DNA of 40,000 nucleotides from Methanococcoides sp. (GTDB lineage Archaea > Halobacteriota > Methanosarcinia > Methanosarcinales > Methanosarcinaceae): positions 61,172-101,171 of the forward strand of contig JAIORD010000024.1 in the NCBI GenBank assembly GCA_021108275.1, given 5' to 3'. A program made the translations under genes and the position numbers. The notes under the pieces are model-generated. The model searched no databases. It had not been told where the DNA came from and was given only the letters and a program-made list of their open reading frames with translations. Numbering within the stretch: the first letter of the stretch is position 1; every line of letters starts with the position of its first letter. Positions 27,429 to 38,179 of the stretch are shown here, piece by piece.

Positions 27429-27895
27429 TCTCATCGTAGACGGCATATACAAAGGACTGTCGGAACTAGCAACACCACATTATTACTTATAGTAATTAAT
27501 TAACGACACCGTTATATAGTATTATGAATAACTTGTGGTTACAGGTGATAATACAATGAGTCGTGTAATTGGTCTAAATACCCATTCATTTACGGTTGTC
27601 GCAAGAAAGTTTGCAGACAGGATTTTTAATGCTCTTTTTGTTAATGGTGAACATTCCATGTCCATGGGCCTCTACAGTTGCCCTGGCGGTTCCTGCAGAT
27701 CTTCAGTTGCAGAGAATATAGTTGATGAAAATTAAGGTATGAATACCCCCAATAAATACGAGGGGATATAGGCAGCTCTTATTTTTTGTATGCTGGTTTT
27801 CCGCCTTATTTTAGAGTTTTGACTATAATCTAAAAAGGAGCCATAAATAATATCGCATATCATTGATAACAGGAATAAAGAAAAGAGGGGAAATC

Positions 27896-28576
27896 ATGAC
27901 CACTAACACACAATTCACACCGGAACACTATGAGAAGAACATACACCGGACAATACCCCATTATTCCAGCTTCCAAAAGGAGATCATCGATCTCATCAGA
28001 ACAACAAAACCTGATTGTGAGGACTGGCTTGATACTGGATGTGGAACAGGGTCATTAATTGAGCTCGCAAATGAGACATTTGATGAATGCAACTTTTACC
28101 TGAACGACCCTTCCGAAGAAATGTTGTCATATGCAAGGATGAGACTTGGAAAATATCCTGCTGAAAGGTTCAAATTCACAAATAATACTACCGCAGACCT
28201 GCCTTTATACGAAGTACCAAAATGTGATGTTGTCACGGCTATACAATCCCATCACTACCTGAACAGGGAAGAGAGAGCGAACACCACAGCGAAATGCTAC
28301 GAAATGCTGAAAAATGATGGTATTTTCATAACGTTCGAGAATACCGCACCGGCAACGGAAAGAGGGATAGAGATCGTCATGGATAGATTGAGAAGATTCC
28401 AGCTCGAATGTGGAAAGGACAGTGTTGCTGTGGAAGATAACCTGAAACGATTCAACACCGCTTATTTCCCGATAACGATATCCGAGCACCTTGAAATGCT
28501 AAAAGAGACCGGGTTCACCACATGTGAGCTTTTCTGGACATCATACATGCAGGCAGGATTCTATGCCATCAAATGA
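27896..28576 (+). CDS. Class I SAM-dependent methyltransferase
   Basis: Motif I LDTGCGTGSL. The start was chosen at the ATG preceded by a gagggg RBS; the ORF track starts 33 nt earlier. Confidence 0.7.
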   Translation: MTTNTQFTPEHYEKNIHRTIPHYSSFQKEIIDLIRTTKPDCEDWLDTGCGTGSLIELANETFDECNFYLNDPSEEMLSYARMRLGKYPAERFKFTNNTTADLPLYEVPKCDVVTAIQSHHYLNREERANTTAKCYEMLKNDGIFITFENTAPATERGIEIVMDRLRRFQLECGKDSVAVEDNLKRFNTAYFPITISEHLEMLKETGFTTCELFWTSYMQAGFYAIK

Positions 28577-28620
28577 CAGAGCGTAATACATCAAATATAC
28601 CCCAGCCTCACAGACAAAGT

Positions 28621-29217
28621 TCATACTTTCACTATTTTTGCTCTATCCCTGGTCAGATTCGTGAGCTTGTCTGCAAACCCATCTTCCTCGCCCTTTCTCA
28701 CCTTAACGGATAGTTTGACCACATCACTATAATCCTCTCCAGTGACTTGGCCATATTCCTCGGCCAGCCTTTTGACCGACTGCATATCAGAATAATCAAG
28801 GCGAACCACCAAGTCCACCATCTCATGGACCTCAATTATACCTGCTTCCTCGATTGCAGCAACTGCCGTTTCCCTGTAAGCCCTTGAAAGTCCGCCAAAC
28901 CCCAGTTTGATCCCGCCAAAATAACGGGTGACCACGACCACCGTATTGCTCAACCCCTTAAGCTCCAGCACCTTGAACACAGGTTTCCCCGAACTACCGG
29001 CAGGTTCTCCGTCATCATCATACTTAGCCACCAGAACATTGTCATTCTTTATCAGGTAAGCCGAAACATTGTGATTGGCATCGCTGTACTGCTCCTTGAG
29101 CTGATCGATAAAGGTCCTTGCCTCCGCCTCACTATCGATAGACCTCACATGACCTATGAAGGTCGAATTCCGGAACTCTTTTCGGACAACTGCAAAAGAA
29201 CCTACTGTTTTGTACAA
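28621..29217 (-). CDS. IMPACT/YigZ family protein (UPF0029)
   Basis: Blocks HNVSAYL..., DDGEPAGSSGKP and VVVVTRYFGGIKLGFGGLSRAY are characteristic of YigZ/IMPACT. Confidence 0.8.
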   Translation of the reverse strand: MYKTVGSFAVVRKEFRNSTFIGHVRSIDSEAEARTFIDQLKEQYSDANHNVSAYLIKNDNVLVAKYDDDGEPAGSSGKPVFKVLELKGLSNTVVVVTRYFGGIKLGFGGLSRAYRETAVAAIEEAGIIEVHEMVDLVVRLDYSDMQSVKRLAEEYGQVTGEDYSDVVKLSVKVRKGEEDGFADKLTNLTRDRAKIVKV

Positions 29218-29344
29218 TTCAACACCATCGCAATTATGAATGGAAATAACTGCAAATATTTAGAAGGACGGGATACATACAATCGATAACTATAACAAAC
29301 TATAACCAAGAATTAATTGATGATACATAAAATAGAGGGATTAC

Positions 29345-30499
29345 ATGTTATATCGTAAATTTGGCAATGCAGATGAAAAGGTATCGATACTTGGATTTGG
29401 TTGCATGAGACTCCCTGTTATCGATGGAAAAGATGATCAGATCGATGAAGAAGAAGCTACCAGAATGATCGAATTTGCTATTGAAAAGGGAGTAAATTAC
29501 TTTGATACCGCTTACCCATATCATGCCGGAATGAGCGAACCTTTTGTTGGAAAGGTACTTGCTAACGGTCTTCGGGACAAGGTACTCCTTGCCACAAAGC
29601 TTCCGTTATGGCTTATCCAGACAAGGGAGGACATGGACAGATTCCTTGATGATCAATTGGAGCGCCTTCAGACAGACCATATTGATTATTACCTCATGCA
29701 TGGATTTACGCGGGGATACTGGAACAGAATGAGAGAGCTTGGTATGTTCGAATTCATTGAAAGTGCCATTTCCAGTGGAAAGATCAAATATATCGGATTC
29801 TCGTTCCACGACGATATCACGGTATTCAAAGATATCATCGATGGCTACGCCTGGGATTTCTGCATGATACAGTACAATTTCATGGATGAGGACTATCAGG
29901 CGGGAAAGCAGGGACTTCAATATGCTGCACAAAAAGGAATAGATGTAGCTATAATGGAACCCTTACGGGGAGGAAATCTCGTACAGACACCTGAAACAGT
30001 ACAGCGTATCTGGGACAGTGCCAGGATAGAACGTACACCTGCGAACTGGTGTTTCCAGTATTTGTGGGACCAGCCGGAAATAAGCATAGTTCTTAGCGGA
30101 ATGAGCACTTTTGAGCAGGTGGAGCAGAATATTGCCTATGCTGAAAAAGGAGAAGCAAATTCGCTTACAGATGATGACAAAGAAGTTCTCCAAAAGGTAC
30201 GCAAGTTCTACAATGAGAAAATGGAAGTCAATTGTACTAACTGCAAATATTGTATGCCATGCCCAACAGGAGTGAATATCCCAGCCGCATTTACCTATCT
30301 TAACAGTGCCTCAATGTATGGCAATGTTGAGAAAGCTAGTTTTCAGTATGGTCTGTTCGTACCCCCCGAAGAAGCAGCATCCAGGTGCACGGAATGTGGG
30401 CTGTGTGAAGAACATTGTCCACAGCATATTCGGATACGTGAGATGTTAAAAAGGGTTGTGGAAGTTCTGGAGGATAATGACAGAGTGCTTAATATATAA
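29345..30499 (+). CDS. Aldo/keto reductase with C-terminal 4Fe-4S ferredoxin domain
   Basis: AKR N-terminus (LGFGCMRLP, FDTAYPYH) and two Cys clusters (CTNCKYCMPCP, CTECGLCEEHCP). Confidence 0.8.
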   Translation: MLYRKFGNADEKVSILGFGCMRLPVIDGKDDQIDEEEATRMIEFAIEKGVNYFDTAYPYHAGMSEPFVGKVLANGLRDKVLLATKLPLWLIQTREDMDRFLDDQLERLQTDHIDYYLMHGFTRGYWNRMRELGMFEFIESAISSGKIKYIGFSFHDDITVFKDIIDGYAWDFCMIQYNFMDEDYQAGKQGLQYAAQKGIDVAIMEPLRGGNLVQTPETVQRIWDSARIERTPANWCFQYLWDQPEISIVLSGMSTFEQVEQNIAYAEKGEANSLTDDDKEVLQKVRKFYNEKMEVNCTNCKYCMPCPTGVNIPAAFTYLNSASMYGNVEKASFQYGLFVPPEEAASRCTECGLCEEHCPQHIRIREMLKRVVEVLEDNDRVLNI

Positions 30500-30573
30500 T
30501 AAGATAGAATTTATATGAGTACTTGAAGATTAAATTGTTAACTGAGTAGTTCGCCGAAAGGTAGGCAACATCA

Positions 30574-33500
30574 ATGACAGAAAACGGTCGTTTTGTCTCT
30601 ATTGAAGATCTTGTGAACAAAGGGGAAGAGAAATACAAGTTCCTCATAGAGAATACAAGTGATATCCTCTACATAGTGAATGCTGAAGGTATTGTGCTCT
30701 ATATCAGCCCACAGATGAATCACTATGGGATCGATCCTAAAGATGTACAGAACAATCATTTTGAGGAGCACATATATCCAGGCGATCGTGAAAGGCTCAT
30801 TGATGATTTCCATAAGATGATGGAAGATCGTAGAGCTTTTAATACAACTTTCAGATTGGTCGATAACGAAGGAAATCCACATTGGATGGAAAACCTGCCA
30901 CAGTTCCAGAGCAATAAAGATGGCAGCTCAGCAGGTATCATTGGAGTTATCAGGGATATAAACGAACATAAGCTCACGGAAGAAGATCTGCGGACATATC
31001 GCAAAAACCTTGAAAAGCTTGTTGATGAAAGGACCGCTGAACTGACAAAGGCCAACGAGGATCTAAAAAAGGAAATTGAGGAACGAAAGGAAATTGAAGC
31101 TTCCCTGAAAGAAGAGAAGGCCCTTTCAGACAGTATATTGCATGTAGCTCCGATCGGAATTGGAAAAGTAATTGGTCGGAAGATATTGGAAGTGAACGAT
31201 GAATTCTGTCGTATACTGGGATACCAAAGATCAGAACTGATAGGGCAGGATACCCGGAGATTCTACCTTTCCAATGAAGATTACAAAAAGGCCGGGAAAG
31301 AGATATACCCCGATCTAACTGAAAAACGAATAGCTACCGTAGAGTACCCTTTCAAAAGGAAGAACGGACAGATAACAGATATACTGCTTAATTTTACTCT
31401 TGCAGACCCTGAAGATGCTTCAAAAGGGTATATTTTCACAATGCAGGATATCACTGAGAAAAAGCTTGCTGAAAGGACCATTAGGGAAAAGGAAGCAAAG
31501 AACAGAAGTATATTCCTTGCCACACCGATCGGGATTGGTGTTGTCTGGGACAGGGTATTCAAAGATGTGAATCAGGGATTCTGTGATATTGTAGACTACT
31601 CAAGAGAAGAGCTCATCGGAAGGAATGTGATGATATGTTACGATTCCGAAGAAGAGTACAATAAAGTTGGTGCTGAGCTTATTAAGCTTATAAAGGACAG
31701 AACAACAGTAAGTGTCGAAACAAAGCTCCGAAAAAAGGAAGGAAAACCTATTGACGTGCTACTAACAGTAGCCCTGGTAGATCCCAACGATCCCGAAGTA
31801 GGAATGACCTTTACCGCACAGGACATCACCGAACAGAAAAGGATAGCCCTGGAAAAAGAGAAGAAAGAGCAACATATTCGAAGTATATTCCAGGCAACAC
31901 CAACCGGAATAGGCATCACATGGGCACGCAAGCTCCTCGATTTTAATGAGAAGTTGTACAAGATGTTCGGATATAAAAAAGAGGAACTTATCGGACAGGA
32001 TACTAAGATGCTCTATCCAAGCCATGAAGAATATGAACGCGTTGGCAAGGAACTGAAGAGAATTATCGATAGCAAGAATCCGGGTCTTATAGAATCACAA
32101 TGGGTTTGTAAAAATGGGGACATTAGAGATATCTATATGACATTTGCACTTATCGATGTAAATGAGCCTTCAGCGGGAGTTACCTTTACAGTGCAGGATT
32201 TTACAGAGAAAAAACTTGCCGAAGAATATCTGTACAGCCTTAACCAATTCCAGCGGACGATCATTGAAAGTGCAGATGTCTGGATAAATGTCCTCAACAA
32301 AAATGCAGAGGTAATTGTTTGGAACAATGCTGCAGAGTTAATAAGCGGATATTCCAGGGAAGAAATACTTGGAACCACTAAAATATGGGACCTCTTATAT
32401 CCTGATAAAAAATATAGAAATGAGATATTAACCACAGCTACCGCCATCATAAACGAAGGACAGAAGGTTTCAGGATTTGAAACTGTGATCAAACGAAAAG
32501 ATGGAGAGCAGCGTATAATATCATGGAATTCACAGGACCTTCTTAATGAGAGCGGTCAGACCATTGGCTCAATTGCAATTGGAAATGATATCACAAGGCA
32601 AAAAGTAGCCGAGAAGATGAAAAAACAACAAGTTCATTTCATGCAGGAACTTATTGATGCCATTCCAGTGCCAATATTCTATAAAGATAAGGATGGGATC
32701 TACCTTGGATGCAACGATACCTTTGCAGAATTTACAGGCATACCAAAAAAAGATATGATCGGAAAAGGTGTTTATGACCTGTACGAGAAAGATATCGCAG
32801 ATACGTACAATAAAATGAATGAGGAACTTATTGAAAAGGGAGGGACTCAGACATACGAGTACTACTTACGATCAGTTTCCGGACAAAAGCGTGCAGTTAT
32901 TTTTAACAATTCGGTTTTCACAGATATGGATGGTAATGTTGCAGGACAAATAGGTGCAGTATTCGACATAACAGAGCGTAAAGAAGCAGAGGAAGCCCAA
33001 AGAAAGCACGCCCATTTCATGCAGGAACTACTTGAAGCGATCCCTGCACCTGTGTACTATAAAGATAGGAATGGGAACTATCTTGGCTGCAACGGGGCCT
33101 TTGAGATATTTTCCGGTTCAAAATGTGAAGATATGGTAGGAAAGAACGCATATGGGGTATATGATGAAAAGCAGGCTGAAGAATACCACCATATGGACCT
33201 GGAACTTGTGAAGAACGGCGGAACACAGACATACGAATCTGAAGTCGTTTACATGGGAGATAATACAGAACGTAATGTCCTTTTCAATAAGTCCGTTTTC
33301 ACTGACATGAATGGAGAAACTGCAGGACTCATAGGAGTGATCCTTGACATTACTCAGCGCGTGAGATCAGAAAAACTGCTTAAAAAATACTCTGAAGAAC
33401 TTGAGCATTCAAATGAACTCAAAGATATCTTTACAGACATCATGCGACATGACCTTTTGAACCACGCGACTGTGATAAGTGGATATACATACATGATGCT

Positions 33501-34074
33501 TTCTTCAGAAGATGATGAAACGAAGCTGAAAAGATTGGGAAAGATCAATCTCAGTACCAAAAACTTTATTGAACTTATTGAAAGTGCGGCAGCTTTTGCC
33601 AAACTGGAATCTGCCGATGATCTGGAGTTTGAAGCCATTGATGTTGGTAATATGATAAATGGCATTATAGCCAACTTTGAGTATCAGGCAGAAGAAAAAG
33701 GTGTGGATATCAGGATAATTTCGGAAGGGGCATGCACTGCACTTGCAAATCCAATGATAGAGGAAGTTTTCGTCAATTTAATATCAAATGCATTGAAATA
33801 CGGATCTGACAAAGGGGACATAGTGGTCCGAATTGAAGATGCGGACGATAACTGTAAGATCGTGGTCACTGATTCAGGCGAAGGTATTTCCGACAAAGAC
33901 AAGCCATTGGTATTCGAGCGTTTCAAGCGTGTGGGAAACAGTAGCATAAAGGGCAGCGGGCTTGGTCTTGCCATCGTAAAAAGGATAGTTGACCTGCATA
34001 AAGGAAAGGTTGGTGTGGAAGATAATCCTGAAGGACAGGGTAGTATGTTCTGGGTCACATTGAAGAAAGCATAA
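30574..34074 (+). CDS. Large multi-PAS sensor histidine kinase
   Basis: 1166 aa with at least seven PAS-like repeats, each ending in ...QDITE(K/Q)K... or ...DITxR..., followed by an H-box region and HATPase (GSGLGLAIVKRIVDLHKG). Confidence 0.85.
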   Translation: MTENGRFVSIEDLVNKGEEKYKFLIENTSDILYIVNAEGIVLYISPQMNHYGIDPKDVQNNHFEEHIYPGDRERLIDDFHKMMEDRRAFNTTFRLVDNEGNPHWMENLPQFQSNKDGSSAGIIGVIRDINEHKLTEEDLRTYRKNLEKLVDERTAELTKANEDLKKEIEERKEIEASLKEEKALSDSILHVAPIGIGKVIGRKILEVNDEFCRILGYQRSELIGQDTRRFYLSNEDYKKAGKEIYPDLTEKRIATVEYPFKRKNGQITDILLNFTLADPEDASKGYIFTMQDITEKKLAERTIREKEAKNRSIFLATPIGIGVVWDRVFKDVNQGFCDIVDYSREELIGRNVMICYDSEEEYNKVGAELIKLIKDRTTVSVETKLRKKEGKPIDVLLTVALVDPNDPEVGMTFTAQDITEQKRIALEKEKKEQHIRSIFQATPTGIGITWARKLLDFNEKLYKMFGYKKEELIGQDTKMLYPSHEEYERVGKELKRIIDSKNPGLIESQWVCKNGDIRDIYMTFALIDVNEPSAGVTFTVQDFTEKKLAEEYLYSLNQFQRTIIESADVWINVLNKNAEVIVWNNAAELISGYSREEILGTTKIWDLLYPDKKYRNEILTTATAIINEGQKVSGFETVIKRKDGEQRIISWNSQDLLNESGQTIGSIAIGNDITRQKVAEKMKKQQVHFMQELIDAIPVPIFYKDKDGIYLGCNDTFAEFTGIPKKDMIGKGVYDLYEKDIADTYNKMNEELIEKGGTQTYEYYLRSVSGQKRAVIFNNSVFTDMDGNVAGQIGAVFDITERKEAEEAQRKHAHFMQELLEAIPAPVYYKDRNGNYLGCNGAFEIFSGSKCEDMVGKNAYGVYDEKQAEEYHHMDLELVKNGGTQTYESEVVYMGDNTERNVLFNKSVFTDMNGETAGLIGVILDITQRVRSEKLLKKYSEELEHSNELKDIFTDIMRHDLLNHATVISGYTYMMLSSEDDETKLKRLGKINLSTKNFIELIESAAAFAKLESADDLEFEAIDVGNMINGIIANFEYQAEEKGVDIRIISEGACTALANPMIEEVFVNLISNALKYGSDKGDIVVRIEDADDNCKIVVTDSGEGISDKDKPLVFERFKRVGNSSIKGSGLGLAIVKRIVDLHKGKVGVEDNPEGQGSMFWVTLKKA

Positions 34075-34135
34075 ATAATTATTAGGACATAGTAAAGATA
34101 TAGAAAAATGGGAGGAATCAAATGGGAGGAATCAA

Positions 34136-34369
34136 ATGGAAGAATTCACAACAGAGGAACTTGCAAAATACAACGGCAAAGATGGAGAAAAATGCTATAT
34201 TGCATATAAAGGGAAGGTCTATGATGTAACCGAGAGCATGTTATGGGAGGACGGCGACCATCAGGGAATGCATGACGGAGGCATTGACCTTACAACTGAT
34301 CAGGAAGATGCGCCCCATGATGACGATGTACTGGAAGATTTTCCAGTAGTGGGAACTTTGAAGGCCTGA
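34136..34369 (+). CDS. Cytochrome b5-like heme/steroid-binding domain protein
   Basis: FTTEELAKYNGKDGEKCYIAYKGKVYDVTES.LWEDGDHQG.H is the pattern of the small b5-like domain. Confidence 0.7.
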   Translation: MEEFTTEELAKYNGKDGEKCYIAYKGKVYDVTESMLWEDGDHQGMHDGGIDLTTDQEDAPHDDDVLEDFPVVGTLKA

Positions 34370-34557
34370 AACCTTCTTTTTTTCGAGGCTTTGGTAGCCT
34401 CATTTTATTTTGTTCTGGACAATAAGCTCAAGGGCGAGCAGCATTTTTTGAACGGTTGTGTCCGAAATGTACATTACCAGCCACAATAGATTCACAATAA
34501 GGCAATTTTTGCCCATTTAATGAAAAGTTATATAAACATATTTTCCGACTTGAACCC

Positions 34558-35811
34558 ATGAACAAATATATTGTGAAATGCCCCGGATGCGGGGAGGTTC
34601 GTGACCCATACGCATTACACTGTCCTGATGATGATGCATTACCACGTACCGAATACTTCAAAAAGCAGATCGAACCAACCGATATGCCGGGAATATGGAG
34701 ATATTACGACTGGCTGCCTGTGAACGGCATAATCGAGAAAGGTTCCGGCAGACCCGTGACCTACAAAAGCGAAGGGTTTGCAAAAGAGCTGGGATTGAAC
34801 GACCTGAACATAACTTTCAATGGATACTGGCCTGAAAAAGAGGGTGCCATAAGAACATGCAGTTTTAAAGACCTTGAATCGTTCCCAACAATACAGCGCC
34901 TCATGGAACACAATGAGAAGAGAGTACTTGTTGTAGCGTCTGCCGGCAATACCGCAAGGGCATTTGCCCATGTGGCATCAATAACAGGATACCCATTATT
35001 GCTCATAGTTCCAAAGAACAGCACACATAGGCTCTGGACAACTGAAGAGGATACATCTTCGGTCTGTACGGTAACTGTAGATGGTGATTACTACCAGGCC
35101 ATCGCAATGGCGGAAAAGATAGCAGCAAGGGATGGTTTTGTCAGTGAAGGCGGAGCACGCAACATTGCCAGACGTGATGGCATGGGAACCGTAATGCTTG
35201 ATGCAGTTCTCACTACAAAGAAACTCCCACAGCATTATTTCCAGGCTGTCGGAAGCGGTACTGGTGGTATATCCGCTTGGGAAGCATCCATGAGGCTCAT
35301 AGAGGATGGTCGTTTCGGGAATAATATGCCACGCCTTCATCTTGCACAAAACCTACCATGTGCACCGCTTTATTCAACGTGGACAGGCGAACAGACCAAT
35401 GGGAACTGCCCCGAAGAGATGTACGATGATGTGCTGTTCAACAGAAAGCCACCATACGGAGCCATCGGTGGAGTGAAGGACGCTCTTGATGACACTAATG
35501 GGATCATCTACGGAATAACGAACAAAGAAGCTGACAAGGCAAGAAAGCTCTTTGAAGAGAACGAAGGCATTGACATATTACCTGCTCCTGCAATTGCCTG
35601 TGCAGCCATTATGAAAGCTCTGGAAAAAGGCGAGATAAAGGCTGATGACAGTATTGTTATGAACATTACCGGAGGAGGTCAGAAACGCCTGGAAGAGGAC
35701 TTACCGACCCGTCAGTTGGGTGTTGATCTTGCAGTATCCTCTGATGATATGGATGCAGAGAACAAGATATTGGAAAAGGTCGCTGAACTTTTAAAGAACA
35801 GAGGTAATTGA
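34558..35811 (+). CDS. Cysteate synthase (threonine-synthase paralog, coenzyme M biosynthesis)
   Basis: 417 aa PLP-fold protein with an N-terminal Zn-ribbon-like CPGCG...HCP and WRYYDWLPV. It lies directly upstream of comDE, as in Methanosarcinales. Confidence 0.75.
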   Translation: MNKYIVKCPGCGEVRDPYALHCPDDDALPRTEYFKKQIEPTDMPGIWRYYDWLPVNGIIEKGSGRPVTYKSEGFAKELGLNDLNITFNGYWPEKEGAIRTCSFKDLESFPTIQRLMEHNEKRVLVVASAGNTARAFAHVASITGYPLLLIVPKNSTHRLWTTEEDTSSVCTVTVDGDYYQAIAMAEKIAARDGFVSEGGARNIARRDGMGTVMLDAVLTTKKLPQHYFQAVGSGTGGISAWEASMRLIEDGRFGNNMPRLHLAQNLPCAPLYSTWTGEQTNGNCPEEMYDDVLFNRKPPYGAIGGVKDALDDTNGIIYGITNKEADKARKLFEENEGIDILPAPAIACAAIMKALEKGEIKADDSIVMNITGGGQKRLEEDLPTRQLGVDLAVSSDDMDAENKILEKVAELLKNRGN

Positions 35812-35837
35812 ATGAACGGTGCCATCGATCTTAAAAT

Positions 35838-36347
35838 GTGGTGATACAAATGGATGCCAGTGAAGCAGTTTTTAACGGTATAAAGATGACAGGCGTGGAC
35901 TTTGTAGTGAGTGTACCCTGCATTAACCTGAAAGAGATATTCCCCATGATCGATGACGATCCTACGATGATACATATTCCGGTCACGCGTGAAGAGGAAG
36001 GTGTGGGTATCTGTGCCGGAGCTTACATGGGAGGAAGGACCCCCGCAATGCTAATGCAAAATTCGGGACTCGGAAACTCGATCAATGCTTTGGCATCATT
36101 GAACAACCTTTTTCATATCCCACTACTGCTCATAATGAGCCACCGTGGTTGTGAAGGGGAGACCATTTGTGCACAATACCCAATGGGACAAATGACACCT
36201 TCGTTACTCGATACCCTTGACATACCATATGTTGTTCCTACGATCGATACTGTGGAAGACGCAATACACTATGCGTGGAGAATAGCCATTGAAAAAAAGA
36301 GACCTGTAGCAGTTCTTCTTGAGATCGGGTTCTGGGAGGCAGAATGA
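35838..36347 (+). CDS. comD: Sulfopyruvate decarboxylase subunit alpha
   Basis: ThDP-enzyme N-terminal (PYR) domain in a small subunit paired with comE. The start may be the M at 35850. Confidence 0.8.
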   Translation: MVIQMDASEAVFNGIKMTGVDFVVSVPCINLKEIFPMIDDDPTMIHIPVTREEEGVGICAGAYMGGRTPAMLMQNSGLGNSINALASLNNLFHIPLLLIMSHRGCEGETICAQYPMGQMTPSLLDTLDIPYVVPTIDTVEDAIHYAWRIAIEKKRPVAVLLEIGFWEAE

Positions 36348-36913
36348 AACGTTTCGATGCCATTAAAGCGATAGTTCAAAAGGCAGAAGATAAGGATTCA
36401 CTTCTCATCTGCAATATTGGATACCCTTCCCGCGAACTACATGATCTGAAAGACAGGAGCGCCAACTTCTACATGCTGGGTTCAATGGGACTTTCGTCAT
36501 CCATCGGTCTTGGAGTTGCCCTTTCAGTTCCCGACAGATATGTCATAGCAATAGACGGGGACGGTTCGGTCCTGATGAACATGGGAAGCCTTGCCACCAT
36601 TGCACATCAGCAGGCGGAAAATTACCTTTTGGTAGTGATAGATAATGGAGCCTACGGTTCTACCGGAGACCAGCTCACAGCCACAGCTCTTGGTACCGAT
36701 CTCGCAATCGTTGCAAAAGGAGCTGGTATCGATGAAGTTCATAATACTTTCAGCGAAGAGGAATTCAGGGATAAACTAAAAAATGTTGACAGGGGAGTAA
36801 TTGTGGTGCACGTTGATGCAGGAAATTCAAAAGTTCCTGTGATACACCTGACCCCTGAAGAGATAATCGAAAGGTTCATGTCCGAATGCGCTCGACCATC
36901 GATGTCATCCTAA
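36344..36913 (+). CDS. comE: Sulfopyruvate decarboxylase subunit beta
   Basis: ThDP-binding motif GDGSVLMNMGSLATI...VIDNGAYGSTG. Its start overlaps the comD stop. Confidence 0.8.
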   Translation: MKRFDAIKAIVQKAEDKDSLLICNIGYPSRELHDLKDRSANFYMLGSMGLSSSIGLGVALSVPDRYVIAIDGDGSVLMNMGSLATIAHQQAENYLLVVIDNGAYGSTGDQLTATALGTDLAIVAKGAGIDEVHNTFSEEEFRDKLKNVDRGVIVVHVDAGNSKVPVIHLTPEEIIERFMSECARPSMSS

Positions 36914-38159
36914 AAGAACCATCAAGTATCTGTTCTTTTAACTTTTCGGATAATTCCAGAGCCCTTTTCTTATCAGACTGACGCAGGACGATAGGAACAT
37001 TTGTGGACTCCCCTCCAAGCTCAAAATTGATGGAACCAAGATTGGCAGTGTAAACATCGGTCACACACAGAGTGGAACAAAGACCGCAATTGAAACATGT
37101 GTACCGGTCAAGTTTTACCTCACCGTCCTCAAAGCTGATAGAAGCCATGGGACACATCTCCGCAGGTTCACACAAAGTACAGCCAATGCATTCATTCGGG
37201 CTAAAATCTATCATAAGGTCCGTACCTTCCCATACATCGCCATAGTCGGAATAACCAACACATGCCCTTTTATCAACGGCCATTACCGGCATCTTAAGCT
37301 GCCTGTCACGTTCCTTTATCGATTCGAGCACTGAATCACTTGTCACAGGAACAGGCACAGCCCAGGAAACAATACATTCCGGACCGGCTGAAGTGAAAAA
37401 ACCGCCCATGTATTCAGGTTTCATCCCATGCATATCCGCAAAGGCAGTAAGGTTAGGTTTTTCCGCACTGCTGCGAGTTCCGGACCCCATTATGAAACCT
37501 TCGGAGCCGTTCATGAGCATCCGCGTTCCAATCCCAATGGATTCCAGGAGAGGATCGTTCTTCACCGGATTTATCTGACCACAACCGGAAATAGTAGCCT
37601 CTGTAAGCCTTGGCCCAAACTCCATGGCATGGAATATGCTGGCTGCCGGCTCATCCGAAGTGTTCACAAATGCGGAATAGTTCTTGAAAGCATGCCTTGT
37701 ACCGTAAAGCATAGCATACGGCATATCATCAAGTGTTACCTTTGTCTTGAACGATTCACCTTTATCAGTAACTACTTTGACCTCCACAGACAATCCTTCT
37801 GCAAGGTCACGGAAAAGATGACCAGCACCATAACGGGAATCATCTACACTGTGATCTGTACCGAAAAGCATCAGGTCAAGGATACCAAGCCTTTCGTTGG
37901 GACAGGGACCAACGTGTGCAGGTACACCATTCATATAGACTTCTTTTGCACGTAAGAAACTGTGTGAAGACTCCACAGGAAATGACAGGATCGCATATGT
38001 ACCACTCATTATAGCACGTGTAGCTGCTGTCACGACATCCACATCTTCAGCTCTTATATCTTCCCCACTATCCACAAGATCGCAGACCTGTTGAGCAGTA
38101 AGCACGACTGCATCTCCTTTTTCGATCTTGCGATTTATCTGTTCAATGCTTTGTTCCAT
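36876..38159 (-). CDS. COG1900 (DUF39) sulfur-insertion-type protein with C-terminal 2x[4Fe-4S] ferredoxin domain (ComF-like candidate)
   Basis: 427 aa. The N-terminal DUF39-like region resembles the homocysteine-biosynthesis family. C-terminal Cys clusters CIGCTLCEPAEMCP and CFNCGLCSTLC are present. It is convergent with comE and overlaps it by 38 nt. Confidence 0.65.
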   Translation of the reverse strand: MEQSIEQINRKIEKGDAVVLTAQQVCDLVDSGEDIRAEDVDVVTAATRAIMSGTYAILSFPVESSHSFLRAKEVYMNGVPAHVGPCPNERLGILDLMLFGTDHSVDDSRYGAGHLFRDLAEGLSVEVKVVTDKGESFKTKVTLDDMPYAMLYGTRHAFKNYSAFVNTSDEPAASIFHAMEFGPRLTEATISGCGQINPVKNDPLLESIGIGTRMLMNGSEGFIMGSGTRSSAEKPNLTAFADMHGMKPEYMGGFFTSAGPECIVSWAVPVPVTSDSVLESIKERDRQLKMPVMAVDKRACVGYSDYGDVWEGTDLMIDFSPNECIGCTLCEPAEMCPMASISFEDGEVKLDRYTCFNCGLCSTLCVTDVYTANLGSINFELGGESTNVPIVLRQSDKKRALELSEKLKEQILDGSFRMTSMVERIRT

Positions 38160-38179
38160 GAGATCACCCGATTATTCTG

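Noticed and set aside
27535-27735. 66-aa ORF between the membrane protein and the methyltransferase
   Set aside because: It has no RBS, no motif and an alternative-start codon only. Support is insufficient.
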